Made by a program: the position numbers and the translations under genes. The notes below the pieces were generated by a model that saw only the letters and a list, made by a program, of their open reading frames with translations, had not been told where the DNA came from and made no database searches. A stretch of 64,000 bases of DNA from a virus. Below, piece after piece: positions 1-8,959 of this stretch (position 1 is the stretch's first letter; each line of letters starts with the position of its first letter). The stretch is from the IMG/VR virus record IMGVR_UViG_3300044631_002422, positions 32,001-96,000 of that record; one strand, 5' to 3'.

Positions 1-2
1 CA

Positions 3-548
3 AGTCAAGAAGCGACATATACAAACGTTTATGAGCTACGCAAACACAATACGGAAATTCTGACCGCGATGAAAGACAACCAAGAAATTTTTGATATGTT
101 AAATTCTTCTCTGCCCAAAAATGCTGGAGTTGTTCGCATTCACGTTGCGGGAGACTTTTTCAATCAAGATTATTTCGACGCTTGGGTGATGGTTGCGATG
201 AACAATCCGAACGTTCTATTTTACGCTTATACAAAAAGCCTGCGTTATTGGGTCAGCCGCATTGCAGTTATTCCCGCGAATATGATTCTGACCGCAAGCG
301 AAGGCGGAAGCGAAGATAATTTAATTCAAGAATATAATTTGCGGAAAGCTGTCGTTGTTTACAACGAACAATCAGCCGCTGAACTCGGATTGGAAATTGA
401 CCACACCGACGAACATGCCGCCAACCCAGAAACGGCAAACCACGATTTTGCTCTTCTCATTCACGGTATTCAGCCAGCAGGCAGCGAAGCAGCCGCAGCG
501 ATTCGCGAATTGAAAAGGAACGGAGTTGAATTTGCTTATTCACGATAA
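3..548 (+). CDS. GP88-like phage protein, 5'-partial
   Basis: Frame is open from the window edge; RIHVAGDFF and FYAYTKS motifs resemble the phage gene-product-88 family. Confidence 0.6.
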   Translation, partial: SQEATYTNVYELRKHNTEILTAMKDNQEIFDMLNSSLPKNAGVVRIHVAGDFFNQDYFDAWVMVAMNNPNVLFYAYTKSLRYWVSRIAVIPANMILTASEGGSEDNLIQEYNLRKAVVVYNEQSAAELGLEIDHTDEHAANPETANHDFALLIHGIQPAGSEAAAAIRELKRNGVEFAYSR

Positions 549-611
549 GGGGTAAAACGTGATTTATATTTTGATTGTAGTTATATCGACAATTTTATTT
601 TTAGCACTATC

Positions 612-899
612 ATGGAAAAATTCAGAATGAAAAGTTTGGTTATATTTTCTTACAAGCAGCCAGTGGATGGTTCGGTTATTCGTTGGGGAATTTTAGAACG
701 CGAACGCGATACTAAAAAAGAACCTTTATCAATCAATTCTTTATGCGGACCTTATAGAAAACGCGATGCTAACTTTGAAAGGTCGCAACATCTTGACACT
801 ATAAAAACTCGCAACGGAATAAAAACATTTTATCGCGAGCGACAAAATTGGAAAATCAAAATTCCATTTGTTGGAAGTATAGTATCGCGATTCGTATAG
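612..899 (+). CDS. hypothetical protein
   Basis: 95-aa ORF ending just before repeat element 1. Confidence 0.5.
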   Translation: MEKFRMKSLVIFSYKQPVDGSVIRWGILERERDTKKEPLSINSLCGPYRKRDANFERSQHLDTIKTRNGIKTFYRERQNWKIKIPFVGSIVSRFV

Positions 900-992
900 T
901 GTACACGCGTACAGGGCGCGGGCCGTCCCGCCGCGTCGTAAGTCCTAGAGCCACAAGCACTTACGTCAGTCAAGTAGGCAAAGCGTGTGCCA
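899..992 (+). repeat. modular intergenic element, copy 1
   Basis: GTGTAC-N4-GTACAG (899-914), GC-rich segment, CGTAAGTCC-tagagccacaa-GCACTTACG (937-965), minus-strand TGGCAC-N5-TTGC (978-992). Confidence 0.9.
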
Positions 993-1041
993 GTGAAAAA
1001 AAATAAATTTCAAGAATCTTTTTTTATTTTGCTTCAGACTC

Positions 1042-1069
1042 TTGACAAACCTAGCCGATATTGTATAAT
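1042..1069 (+). promoter_or_regulatory. sigma70-type early promoter
   Basis: TTGACA-N16-TATAAT with CCGATA in the spacer. Confidence 0.85.
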
Positions 1070-1100
1070 AAGGAAGTCAATCACACAAGCGAGAAAAAAA

Positions 1101-1343
1101 ATGTACAAAGTAGAAATTGCCACTGTTTACGGCCCCTTTTGTGGTCAAGGCGGTTATGGTACTGAAACCTGCATCGGTTTCGACCGTAGCGTTAAGCGGG
1201 CTTTTGCCAAGGCTCGCGGCCAAGGCAGTCACCGCTACGACCGTAGCCAGATTGTAACCGGCTCGCGTGGTGGCGGCGTTCCCGTTCTGGGTATGGTTCG
1301 GATTTCTCACAACGGAAAAATTATTTCCGAAATTTGGGATTGA
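1101..1343 (+). CDS. hypothetical protein
   Basis: ATG at 1101 lies downstream of the promoter; the longer 987 start overlaps the promoter. Confidence 0.6.
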   Translation: MYKVEIATVYGPFCGQGGYGTETCIGFDRSVKRAFAKARGQGSHRYDRSQIVTGSRGGGVPVLGMVRISHNGKIISEIWD

Positions 1344-1347
1344 CCCC

Positions 1348-1375
1348 TTGACAGTTGTTTTTTCTTTGGTATAAT
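1348..1375 (+). promoter_or_regulatory. sigma70-type promoter
   Basis: TTGACA-N16-TATAAT. Confidence 0.8.
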
Positions 1376-1409
1376 CAGCGTATCAGTCACACACTTTGGA
1401 GAATTGAAA

Positions 1410-1601
1410 ATGGACAGCTTCAGCACCAACCAACATTCCGACGAATTGGACTATCAACCCACCGCTGCCGATTGGAACGAATACCAAGAGTGGTATGACG
1501 GCCAAGAGGCTTGCTACCCAGAGGGTGATGACCTCCTCGACAGCGACCCCATCGACCTTTACGGTGGCGATGACTCGCACTACTGGCAATACGACGAATA
1601 G
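1410..1601 (+). CDS. small highly acidic protein
   Basis: GGAG RBS and its own promoter; 63 aa with 19 D/E and no K/R. Confidence 0.7.
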   Translation: MDSFSTNQHSDELDYQPTAADWNEYQEWYDGQEACYPEGDDLLDSDPIDLYGGDDSHYWQYDE

Positions 1602-1791
1602 GGCTTGACCCGCAAATCCCGCCCAAGTCGCGGGTATGGTATGGGGTCCATTCAAAAACCCCCTATATTCGGGAAAAGAGGTAGGCGAATTAACGTCAAG
1701 GATTTGAGAAGCCTTAGCGGTTCTGTCTTCAGCGGAAAACGGCCTCGAAGTACCATATTTCATTTTGACAGGTGAACACCTGTACACATAG

Positions 1792-1895
1792 TGTCTATGC
1801 TAAACAAAACCGATTTACTTTTTTTTCTTTGGCCGAAATTTAAGGTAGTCTTACTCAAACTAATCTGAATTGCCCCAGCATTTGGGCCAAAGTTT
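1792..1895 (+). repeat. 48-bp repeat family, tandem pair
   Basis: TGTCT..TGCTAAAC..GATTT..TGGCC.AAATTT unit at 1792-1841 and a degenerate unit at 1848-1895. Confidence 0.7.
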
Positions 1896-1940
1896 GCCCG
1901 GCCCGCGCCGCCCTAAGTCCTAGAGCCCCAAGGAGTTACA
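1896..1940 (+). repeat. modular intergenic element, copy 2
   Basis: GC-rich segment then TAAGTCC-tagagccccaa-GGAGTTA (1914-1938). Confidence 0.85.
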
Positions 1941-1976
1941 ACGATTGAAAAAAAACTTTTTTTCTGCTAAAGTTCC

Positions 1977-2004
1977 TTGACATTGTGTGCCGATATAGTA
2001 TAAT
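1977..2004 (+). promoter_or_regulatory. sigma70-type early promoter
   Basis: TTGACA-N16-TATAAT with CCGATA; 27-bp tandem duplication at 1985-2038. Confidence 0.85.
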
Positions 2005-2051
2005 AGAGAAAGTGTGCCGATATAGTATAATAGAGAAAAAAGAGAAACGAA

Positions 2052-2339
2052 ATGAAAGTTGAAGTAACGCCCGCAAAGCCTGATTTCCAGCCCGTCACCC
2101 TGAGTATCACCATTGAGTCGTTTGCCGAACTCGCTGTGCTTTTTGCTCGATTCAATTGCCCAGTTGCGATTATTAAACAACATGGCTTTGGTGATGGCCC
2201 AATGAACACCAGACTCGCAAGAGCAGCAGATTTTAGCATCGAAGATATCGATGAAGGCGGCAGAATTTTCGACCATATTTCAGACATAGCTAGAGGTTAT
2301 TATTACGCGATGTATAATGTGGGAAAAGGAGAACGATAA
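2052..2339 (+). CDS. hypothetical protein
   Basis: 95-aa ORF downstream of the promoter. Confidence 0.65.
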   Translation: MKVEVTPAKPDFQPVTLSITIESFAELAVLFARFNCPVAIIKQHGFGDGPMNTRLARAADFSIEDIDEGGRIFDHISDIARGYYYAMYNVGKGER

Positions 2340-2545
2340 TGCTACAAATGACTAAGAATGAAATTATTTGCGAAATTTTGGAACAAACAACGCCCGATGA
2401 GCTAATGTTCGACCTTGAAAATACCGATATTGAATGGTATACTGACTTGGTGTGCGATGTTGTGTTTATGCGTACTGTAAGATATCAAGATGTTTGCGAC
2501 GCTTTAGTGTGGTTTGCTTCACAAGAATTGGAGGCTTTAAATTAG
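2339..2545 (+). CDS. hypothetical acidic protein
   Basis: Start overlaps the upstream stop (TAATG); GGAG RBS. Confidence 0.65.
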   Translation: MLQMTKNEIICEILEQTTPDELMFDLENTDIEWYTDLVCDVVFMRTVRYQDVCDALVWFASQELEALN

Positions 2546-2727
2546 ACAAAGACTTTTATTTTGGGCAGGAACAATTACTGTTTGGTGTTGTTTTATTTTA
2601 CTCATGAGCTTAATTTTAGTGGGGATATACAACGGCTAAAAAATTTCTTAAGTTTTGACTTGACATAGACGATAAGTATGTTAGAATGATATTGTAAATG
2701 ATGTTTCACTTTTTTGGAGAATGTGCT

Positions 2728-2931
2728 ATGATGGTTGATTTGTACGGCAAGCGTAACGAGCGTAAGGTTTCTTTCCTGTATCCTGTTGGTGGCAAGAAGA
2801 ATGTTCTTCGGGCCGTAAATGGTGTAAAGGTTCGCAGTTATACTGGACCGAATGGGCGTGGTATTACCGTCCGCGAAGACAGCGGAATCATGAAGTCCTT
2901 TTCGGTCAGCAAGTGCGTAGCTGGTCTTTAA
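2728..2931 (+). CDS. hypothetical basic protein
   Basis: GGAG RBS and an upstream TTGACA..TAGAAT promoter. Confidence 0.65.
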   Translation: MMVDLYGKRNERKVSFLYPVGGKKNVLRAVNGVKVRSYTGPNGRGITVREDSGIMKSFSVSKCVAGL

Positions 2932-2947
2932 TTGCTACGCTTGCAAC

Positions 2948-3185
2948 GGCGACGGTCAGCAGACAATCGCTAAGGTGCGGAACAAACCAACAAAATCCGC
3001 ACGACTCGATTGGGCGAGTATAAATAGGATGATAGGCCCAATGCGGCGGCATTTGCCGCGAATCGGCATTAAAGTTTAGCCCTCCTGTCGTCAGACGGCA
3101 GCAAACTAAACGAGCTAGCGTGTCGCCCCAACAGTTCTTCGCCGTTCTGCTGCTGGTGGATAAAACGAACGGCGAGCTTTTTCTT
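2948..3185 (+). ncRNA. candidate structured ncRNA with terminator
   Basis: Closing stem GGCGAC/GTCGCC encloses several hairpins; followed by a TCGCCGTTC/GAACGGCGA hairpin and T-tract. Confidence 0.5.
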
Positions 3186-3199
3186 TTAGGAAATGAAAC

Positions 3200-3382
3200 G
3201 TGAAACTGATTGTATTGGATTTTCTCATCGGCATATGTCATATCTTTACCGTAACTAAGGAGTTATGCGAAAGCGAAGATAATATCGTTGATTTCCTAAT
3301 GGAAAAAGATTTTAATCTTGACAACATTCAGTATATGTATGGCGACATACCGATAATAGGCGACATGAAAGTTGTGTTGTAA
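3200..3382 (+). CDS. hypothetical acidic protein
   Basis: 60-aa ORF with GTG start. Confidence 0.5.
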   Translation: MKLIVLDFLIGICHIFTVTKELCESEDNIVDFLMEKDFNLDNIQYMYGDIPIIGDMKVVL

Positions 3383-3569
3383 TGCAACTACTTGACAAAC
3401 TCTTGCGATATGCTAAAATGATTCGTGAAGACCGTGCCACTGTTTGTTTGTGGTGCGGTAGACATTTAGTACTGCTTTGGGACGTACTTTTTTGGAGTAG
3501 CATTGCGGCTGGCGGTTGGCTGTTTGGTTACTTGATTTGTATTACGTTTAACATTGGGAGTTTTGCGCA

Positions 3570-3815
3570 GTGAAAACTTTTCTTGAATTTAGCGGATGGA
3601 TAGAGCTTGACGAAAAAACACAAATGTGTTATTATGGAAACGGCGACCCAAAAAGAATAACGCTAAAGGAATGGCAACAGCTTCCTAGGCAAGAGCAAAG
3701 TAATTATTGGATAGAACAAGAAGATTTTGACGTACTGTACCGCTATGGCGTAGATAGTGATTTTTTTGATTGGCGTTTAGTTTTGGGAGAAAAATATGAC
3801 GAAGAAGCTGTTTAG
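3570..3815 (+). CDS. hypothetical protein
   Basis: 81-aa ORF with GGGAG RBS. Confidence 0.55.
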   Translation: MKTFLEFSGWIELDEKTQMCYYGNGDPKRITLKEWQQLPRQEQSNYWIEQEDFDVLYRYGVDSDFFDWRLVLGEKYDEEAV

Positions 3816-3986
3816 TTTGGGGCAAACTTTTGTTGTGAATGGTGTCGAATGGACTGGCCGCGAGTATCGACTTGATGCCGCGTTTGAAGGATGGACGATT
3901 GTTGCCGTAAACGGCAGTAATCAAGTGGCACAATTTAGTCTTGCAGACGTTGAAAAAGCACTGGGGGTATGATATACTAGCGGTAT

Positions 3987-4055
3987 GGGCCAGCCGCTGG
4001 TTGCGGACTTGACTCTTATAAGGTCGATGATGGGATTCGATTTCCTGCTGGCCTA
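3987..4055 (+). tRNA. atypical tRNA-Ile(UAU)
   Basis: Acceptor GGGCCAG/CTGGCCT, anticodon arm TGACT-CTTATAA-GGTCG, T loop TTCGATT; non-canonical D arm. Confidence 0.7.
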
Positions 4056-4105
4056 TTTGACTTTAGCAAAATGCATGGTAGAATGATTGAAAAGGAGAAC
4101 GTAAC

Positions 4106-4375
4106 GTGGCTAAACGCAAAAAGAAACTTCCGGTTGCGAGTGGTGAAATGTTGGATTTTGTGGTGACTTTAGAGCGTCCCGAAACTGGTACAATTGTGCG
4201 GTATATCGAGCAGTTCAGCCCGTTTAATCCCGCGACTGGACAGCTATATACTCATCGAGAGTTTAGCGAACAACTTTTGCCATACGTCCGAGAAGTTGGC
4301 AAGAGTTTTGAAAATTGGAATATGTTTGTTGTTCTTGCCACAAACGAAGAAATCGAAGAACTAAAGAGTATATAA
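4106..4375 (+). CDS. hypothetical protein
   Basis: AGGAG RBS, GTG start. Confidence 0.65.
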   Translation: MAKRKKKLPVASGEMLDFVVTLERPETGTIVRYIEQFSPFNPATGQLYTHREFSEQLLPYVREVGKSFENWNMFVVLATNEEIEELKSI

Positions 4376-4451
4376 TGGGCATACTTATTGGGCTAGTTCT
4401 TGCATTTATTTTTGTGCAGAAAATATACCATCTCAACGGAAACCGCTAGGT

Positions 4452-4505
4452 CGGCGGGCCGACCCGCCGCGTCGTAAGTCCTTGTGGCCCTAGCACTTAC
4501 GTCAA
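4452..4505 (+). repeat. modular intergenic element, copy 3
   Basis: CGGCGGG-ccga-CCCGCCG hairpin then CGTAAGTCC-ttgtggcccta-GCACTTACGTCAA. Confidence 0.9.
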
Positions 4506-4537
4506 CAAAAAAATTTCTTAATTTTTTCTCAAGTCGG

Positions 4538-4565
4538 TTGACATTCTGTGTCGATAATGTATAAT
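4538..4565 (+). promoter_or_regulatory. sigma70-type early promoter
   Basis: TTGACA-N16-TATAAT with TCGATA. Confidence 0.85.
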
Positions 4566-4584
4566 AGGAAGCAAGGAGAACGCA

Positions 4585-4830
4585 ATGTATAAAAATTTTA
4601 CGATTGAAATTAACTGCTGGCGATGCCACGAACCATACCGCGTCAAGCCTAACTGTGAAGGTTTTCTTCAGTGGATTAGGGGAGAAGCTTTGATTCAGGA
4701 CGCAATGCCAGAACTTACTGCTGACCAACGCGAACTGATTATGAGTGGAACTTGCGACCGCTGTTGGAACGCTATGTTTCCATACAACGAAATTCTCTCG
4801 GCTGAAGTTCTTGACAAGGACGGTCGATAA
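4585..4830 (+). CDS. small Zn-binding hypothetical protein
   Basis: AGGAG RBS; CxxC...CxxC. Confidence 0.7.
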   Translation: MYKNFTIEINCWRCHEPYRVKPNCEGFLQWIRGEALIQDAMPELTADQRELIMSGTCDRCWNAMFPYNEILSAEVLDKDGR

Positions 4831-4838
4831 TGTATACT
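4811..4838 (+). promoter_or_regulatory. sigma70-type early promoter
   Basis: TTGACA-N16-TATACT with TCGATA. Confidence 0.75.
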
Positions 4839-4878
4839 AAGGAAGTAAGTTAAAGTCACACATTTTGGAGATTGAATT

Positions 4879-5277
4879 ATGGGTTTGGACCAGTATGCTT
4901 TCGCACGTAAGGGTGAACCTGAAAAGTATATCGATAAAAATTGGCTTGGCAAGGACCAAGAATTTATTCGCTATCCAGAAAAAAACGAAATCGCCTATTG
5001 GCGAAAGCACCCCAATTTGCAAGGTTGGATGGAAAATCTATACCGCGAAAAGGGTGGTGACGCTGAATCTTTCAACTGCGTTGATGTTGAATTGACGCTC
5101 GAAGATTTGAACCGTTTAGAGCGTGATATTAATAAAGGTGCTTTACCAAGCACGACCGGCTTTTTCTTTGGTTCAGATTCCGACGAATACTACAAAGAAC
5201 AAGACGAGAAATTTATCGACGCGGCTCGCGATTCAATTATTAACGGTTACACTGTTGTTTATAATTCGTGGTGGTAA
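4879..5277 (+). CDS. conserved phage hypothetical protein (MGLDQY/YWRKH family)
   Basis: MGLDQY start, YWRKHPNLQGWM, FNCVDVEL, GFFFG and YNSWW end are typical of a widespread phage family. Confidence 0.75.
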   Translation: MGLDQYAFARKGEPEKYIDKNWLGKDQEFIRYPEKNEIAYWRKHPNLQGWMENLYREKGGDAESFNCVDVELTLEDLNRLERDINKGALPSTTGFFFGSDSDEYYKEQDEKFIDAARDSIINGYTVVYNSWW

Positions 5278-5308
5278 CTAACGTTAAAGAAATAACAAGG
5301 AGAAAGTT

Positions 5309-5617
5309 ATGAGCAAATACTTTACAGCAGCAGAAGCAAAGAAATTGGCCGGAAAATCAGTTGAAGAAAAAGTTGAGCTTTTGTGTGAATCAATCAAGAA
5401 AAACGCCAGCGAACGTAAACGTTCATTAATAACTGGTTGGGAGCACAAAGAAGACCGAGATTTGTGGATTGATGGTGGATACAGCCGAACAGAAGATTGG
5501 GAAAAAGCAAAAAAGATTCTTGAGGCACTTGGTTATAAAGTTACATTTTATTGTCAAGAGCCCCCATCCGTGTGGGCAATCCCAATCGTTGCTATGTATA
5601 CCATAATTGAGTGGTAA
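5309..5617 (+). CDS. hypothetical protein
   Basis: AGGAG RBS, 102 aa. Confidence 0.7.
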   Translation: MSKYFTAAEAKKLAGKSVEEKVELLCESIKKNASERKRSLITGWEHKEDRDLWIDGGYSRTEDWEKAKKILEALGYKVTFYCQEPPSVWAIPIVAMYTIIEW

Positions 5618-5979
5618 CTGACAAACTGCTTCAAAGGAACGTAACGTGAAAATTTGGTGTGTAGCGTGTTTTTACGAAGTCCAGCGTGATGCCCATTGGC
5701 GTTTGGAACTCAGCAATATTTATTTGTTTAGTTCTGCTCAACTGGCAAATAAGTTTGTTAGGAGTAATTATTACCAAAAAATGAACTACGACGCATTTGA
5801 AACTTATGAATCAGAGGTTGACAATGCGGTTTAGTGTGGTATACTTGCGTTATGAAGATTAAAATCAACAAAGTGGCAACGGGTCACAATCCGCCAGTAT
5901 TTCGCTGCGGCAAGTGGCAGGATAAGCGTAAACGGCGTGAGCGTACTCGCGCAGCACAAAGATTAAAGTGGAGTCGGGA

Positions 5980-6240
5980 ATGAGCGTAAAGACTCTTGTT
6001 CGTTGTCGCGGATTTACTGAAATTTTTAGCGATAACAAATACACATATATTTATCACAATGGTAATATGGGTGACACAGAAAGTCATATTCGCAAAAATT
6101 TTGATAGTATGTATTTTGATGGAGCGTACAACAGGCTTGAAAGGCAAGCAAATGTTATTAAAGATGGCTCGCCTGATTACAGTTTTGTTTTACGTGTTCC
6201 TACAAATGTATTTAACGCTTTGATAAAGGAGAACGAATGA
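5980..6240 (+). CDS. hypothetical protein
   Basis: ORF overlapping the next start codon (ATGA). Confidence 0.55.
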   Translation: MSVKTLVRCRGFTEIFSDNKYTYIYHNGNMGDTESHIRKNFDSMYFDGAYNRLERQANVIKDGSPDYSFVLRVPTNVFNALIKENE

Positions 6241-6605
6241 TTAAGATTAAAGGTTTGCCGGAAGGCTATGACATTGTGAGGATTGGCAGGCCAGAGGCTT
6301 GCGAATTATTTATAGGTGGCACTGGGATGGTGGAAAGGTCAAGCGGTGATTTGATGGCCGCTTGCTACCTCATCGTCCGCAAAATCGAGCGGCCAAAGCA
6401 ATACAGGCCGTTTGCCAGTGCTGAGGAGTTTAAGCCGCATCGGGATAGGTGGACAAGGCGAATCGCATACGACCCACAAGGAAATGATATTTACCCGCCA
6501 ACACGATACAGCGATTTAGGTTATCACGGGTTCAAATGGCAATGGTGCTTTGAGAACTTTTCATTTGACGATGGTACCCCATTTGGCGTGGAGGTGAGTG
6601 AATGA
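6237..6605 (+). CDS. hypothetical protein, paralog of 29583-29951
   Basis: Shared G.P.GY..VRIGRP, RKIE.PK.YRPFA and G.PFGVE motifs. Confidence 0.75.
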   Translation: MIKIKGLPEGYDIVRIGRPEACELFIGGTGMVERSSGDLMAACYLIVRKIERPKQYRPFASAEEFKPHRDRWTRRIAYDPQGNDIYPPTRYSDLGYHGFKWQWCFENFSFDDGTPFGVEVSE

Positions 6606-6744
6606 AGGTCTTTGTTGTAATTTGTTTTAAGGTAATTGGCCGCGAACATATTTTTGTAAATGCCGCCGTTTTCAAAAACTCAAATGACGCATCTACGTTT
6701 GGTGCAAATTATGACGATTCAATAGTAATCGAAAGGACTGTATC

Positions 6745-7167
6745 TTGAACGCCAAAGTTTATATTTACTGGAATTTACATAAGCGTTGTTTCAGTGCAAA
6801 ACGAAACGGCAAAGTTTTCGCCCACTTCCGAAATGCCAGCATTTTGAATCCTGAGTTTCGAGTGAGTGCTGCTGGATGCCGCCGTGTTCGTCGCGATGGT
6901 CGCAAAAATGTTCATGCCAACATTGTATGCGAATTGGAGAATTTTACAATTCATTCAGACAGCAGAATCGCCCCTGTTAGTGACGCTACTGCTGAGTATG
7001 CTTACTATAATCCGTATCTTTACGAAACTTTTGTTGACAACGAAGGTGATGCATTGTATAATGCACAAAGTGCCGAGTTAACCACTTATGAGCATATGCT
7101 CAATTACTATAAAAATTTGAAAGAAAGACAACCCATTATTTACATTACGAAAGAAGCAAATGACTAA
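6745..7167 (+). CDS. conserved phage hypothetical protein
   Basis: VYIYWNLHK..FS, RKNVHA and YYNPY motifs typical of a phage family. Confidence 0.65.
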   Translation: MNAKVYIYWNLHKRCFSAKRNGKVFAHFRNASILNPEFRVSAAGCRRVRRDGRKNVHANIVCELENFTIHSDSRIAPVSDATAEYAYYNPYLYETFVDNEGDALYNAQSAELTTYEHMLNYYKNLKERQPIIYITKEAND

Positions 7168-7354
7168 CGACATTGCAAAAAGATTAGAAAACGACATTGC
7201 AAAAAGATTAGAAAAACTCCAAGATGACTTGAACCATCTGGCCGAGAAACTCTCTGGAGAAGGTCCATCTAGCTATACCGAACGAAAAGAGCGAGCAAAA
7301 GAACGACAAGCTTTTGTTAGTGAAATAGAAAGAATGCAAAATGAAAGTGAATAA
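7160..7354 (+). CDS. hypothetical coiled-coil protein with in-frame 24-bp duplication
   Basis: NDIAKRLE occurs twice (7166-7213). Confidence 0.55.
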   Translation: MTNDIAKRLENDIAKRLEKLQDDLNHLAEKLSGEGPSSYTERKERAKERQAFVSEIERMQNESE

Positions 7355-7550
7355 GCACAACCGCGACCTAATTATTGCCGAATATATCGACCGTACCATC
7401 GATGGAATGGATATTAAAGGACTTATTGAATATGTTCGTGGCGGAATAGAAGCCGACCTTAAACATTATTCCGATACAGAATTGGAATATGAAATTCTTG
7501 ACCAATACGATGATTTTCCTTGGTACGATTTTGATTATGCAGATGAATAA
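7341..7550 (+). CDS. hypothetical acidic protein
   Basis: 69-aa ORF overlapping the upstream gene. Confidence 0.55.
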   Translation: MKVNKHNRDLIIAEYIDRTIDGMDIKGLIEYVRGGIEADLKHYSDTELEYEILDQYDDFPWYDFDYADE

Positions 7551-7622
7551 AGTATAAGGTTTTGGCGGCCCTGTTGGTAGTTTTGTTATTGAATATAAGG
7601 AACCTTCATTAGAGAATAAATA

Positions 7623-7832
7623 ATGACCGAAAACCCACTACAACTAGCAACTAAAAATTGGATAGAAGCAGTCCAGAAGTATTATGAGAATACTCGTAGT
7701 AATGAATTGACCCAAATTCATATGAGGGGTTATTTCAGCGGTTGGAGCGAACGCGAGATTCTGGAATTTGCGAATAAATTGGCTAAAAATGAACAGGACT
7801 ATCCTTTGTATAGAGAGAACGAGAATAAATAG
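7623..7832 (+). CDS. hypothetical protein
   Basis: 69-aa ORF ending at repeat element 4. Confidence 0.55.
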   Translation: MTENPLQLATKNWIEAVQKYYENTRSNELTQIHMRGYFSGWSEREILEFANKLAKNEQDYPLYRENENK

Positions 7833-7904
7833 GCCCGCCCGCCGAGCCCTAAGTCCTTGTGCCGCTAGGACTTACGTCAATCAAGCAAAGCAACTTTTGT
7901 GCCA
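7832..7904 (+). repeat. modular intergenic element, copy 4
   Basis: TAAGTCC-ttgtgccgcta-GGACTTACGTCAA (7850-7880); minus-strand TGGCAC-N5-TTGCT (7889-7904). Confidence 0.9.
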
Positions 7905-7991
7905 TTCCCGCTCGGGAAAATTCTAGGCAAACCGCAAAAGTTATTCCCGCTCGGGACAGAAAACTTTTTTCTTTTTTTTCTCTCAAGCCAC

Positions 7992-8019
7992 TTGACCTTC
8001 GCGGTCGATAAAGTATAAT
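7992..8019 (+). promoter_or_regulatory. sigma70-type early promoter
   Basis: TTGACC-N16-TATAAT with TCGATA. Confidence 0.8.
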
Positions 8020-8056
8020 GAGAGAGTAAGTCACACACAATGTTTAGGAGTTAGTT

Positions 8057-8908
8057 ATGCCTCGCCGTGTTGTTAGTTGTCAGTTGCCGCCCGTCAAAAC
8101 GTGCAAGAATACCAATTGTGCTAGTGTTGCTATTAGCTACGATGGTTTCTGCAAGTCGCACGCTCCAAGTCGTCGCATTAAGAGCTATAATTCGCGTCCG
8201 CGATGTAGTTCACGATGGGCGAATCCTATCGGTATCGAACTCGAAATGATTCATCCAGAATCCGCAAGCCGTTTGGCACAAGTTGCCCGCTTTGCATGTA
8301 CCGATGCCAGTTTACCCTATGGTGGTGCGGAAATCAAGCTGGTGCAAGATGCCAGTAAGATTACCAATATCGCCGCCGATACTGCTCAACGTGCTGGCCT
8401 TGCTGGTGCAAAGGTTAATCGTAGCTGCGGTTTTCATGTTCATATGGGATTGCCCAATGGTGTCAGCGTTGGATTAGAGCGTCGAAGCGATGCGAACTGG
8501 TCAAGCTGTAACGCCCGTTATCGTTTGTGGGCATTGGCAACAAACTTTCAAGAATACTTTTTTGATATTGTTCCCAAAACTCGCCGCACGAACCACTATT
8601 GCTCGCCGTTGACAAGCGTAACCAATAGTTTACATTCTCACTATGCTTGGCTATCTGTTTCGCACCGTGTTCCTACGGTCGAACTACGGATTCATAGCGG
8701 AACGGTCAATCCGTGGAAAGTCAAAGGTTGGGTCGAAGTCGCTGTGCGTTTGCGTGAAATGGTAAACGCCGCGATTCTCGGAACCCAAGGTTGGGATAAT
8801 CTTCCTAGCAAGAAGTTTGTAGATTATATGGAACCGGGAACACTTGGTTCCAAGTATTTGCTCGCTCGCGAATGTGCTGGTGGCAAACTGGTAAATTTTG
8901 GATTCTAA
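8057..8908 (+). CDS. putative amidoligase (COOH-NH2 ligase, Amidoligase_2-like)
   Basis: GIELE, DASL..GAEI, NRSCGFHVH and TVELR motifs. Confidence 0.8.
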   Translation: MPRRVVSCQLPPVKTCKNTNCASVAISYDGFCKSHAPSRRIKSYNSRPRCSSRWANPIGIELEMIHPESASRLAQVARFACTDASLPYGGAEIKLVQDASKITNIAADTAQRAGLAGAKVNRSCGFHVHMGLPNGVSVGLERRSDANWSSCNARYRLWALATNFQEYFFDIVPKTRRTNHYCSPLTSVTNSLHSHYAWLSVSHRVPTVELRIHSGTVNPWKVKGWVEVAVRLREMVNAAILGTQGWDNLPSKKFVDYMEPGTLGSKYLLARECAGGKLVNFGF

Positions 8909-8959
8909 TTATCGTTCGATAGAACGTACACACACTCACTTTTTTTGGAGAATTTTATT

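Noticed and set aside
7166-7213. 24-bp in-frame tandem duplication
   Set aside because: Real, but most simply a slippage event in a coiled-coil ORF.
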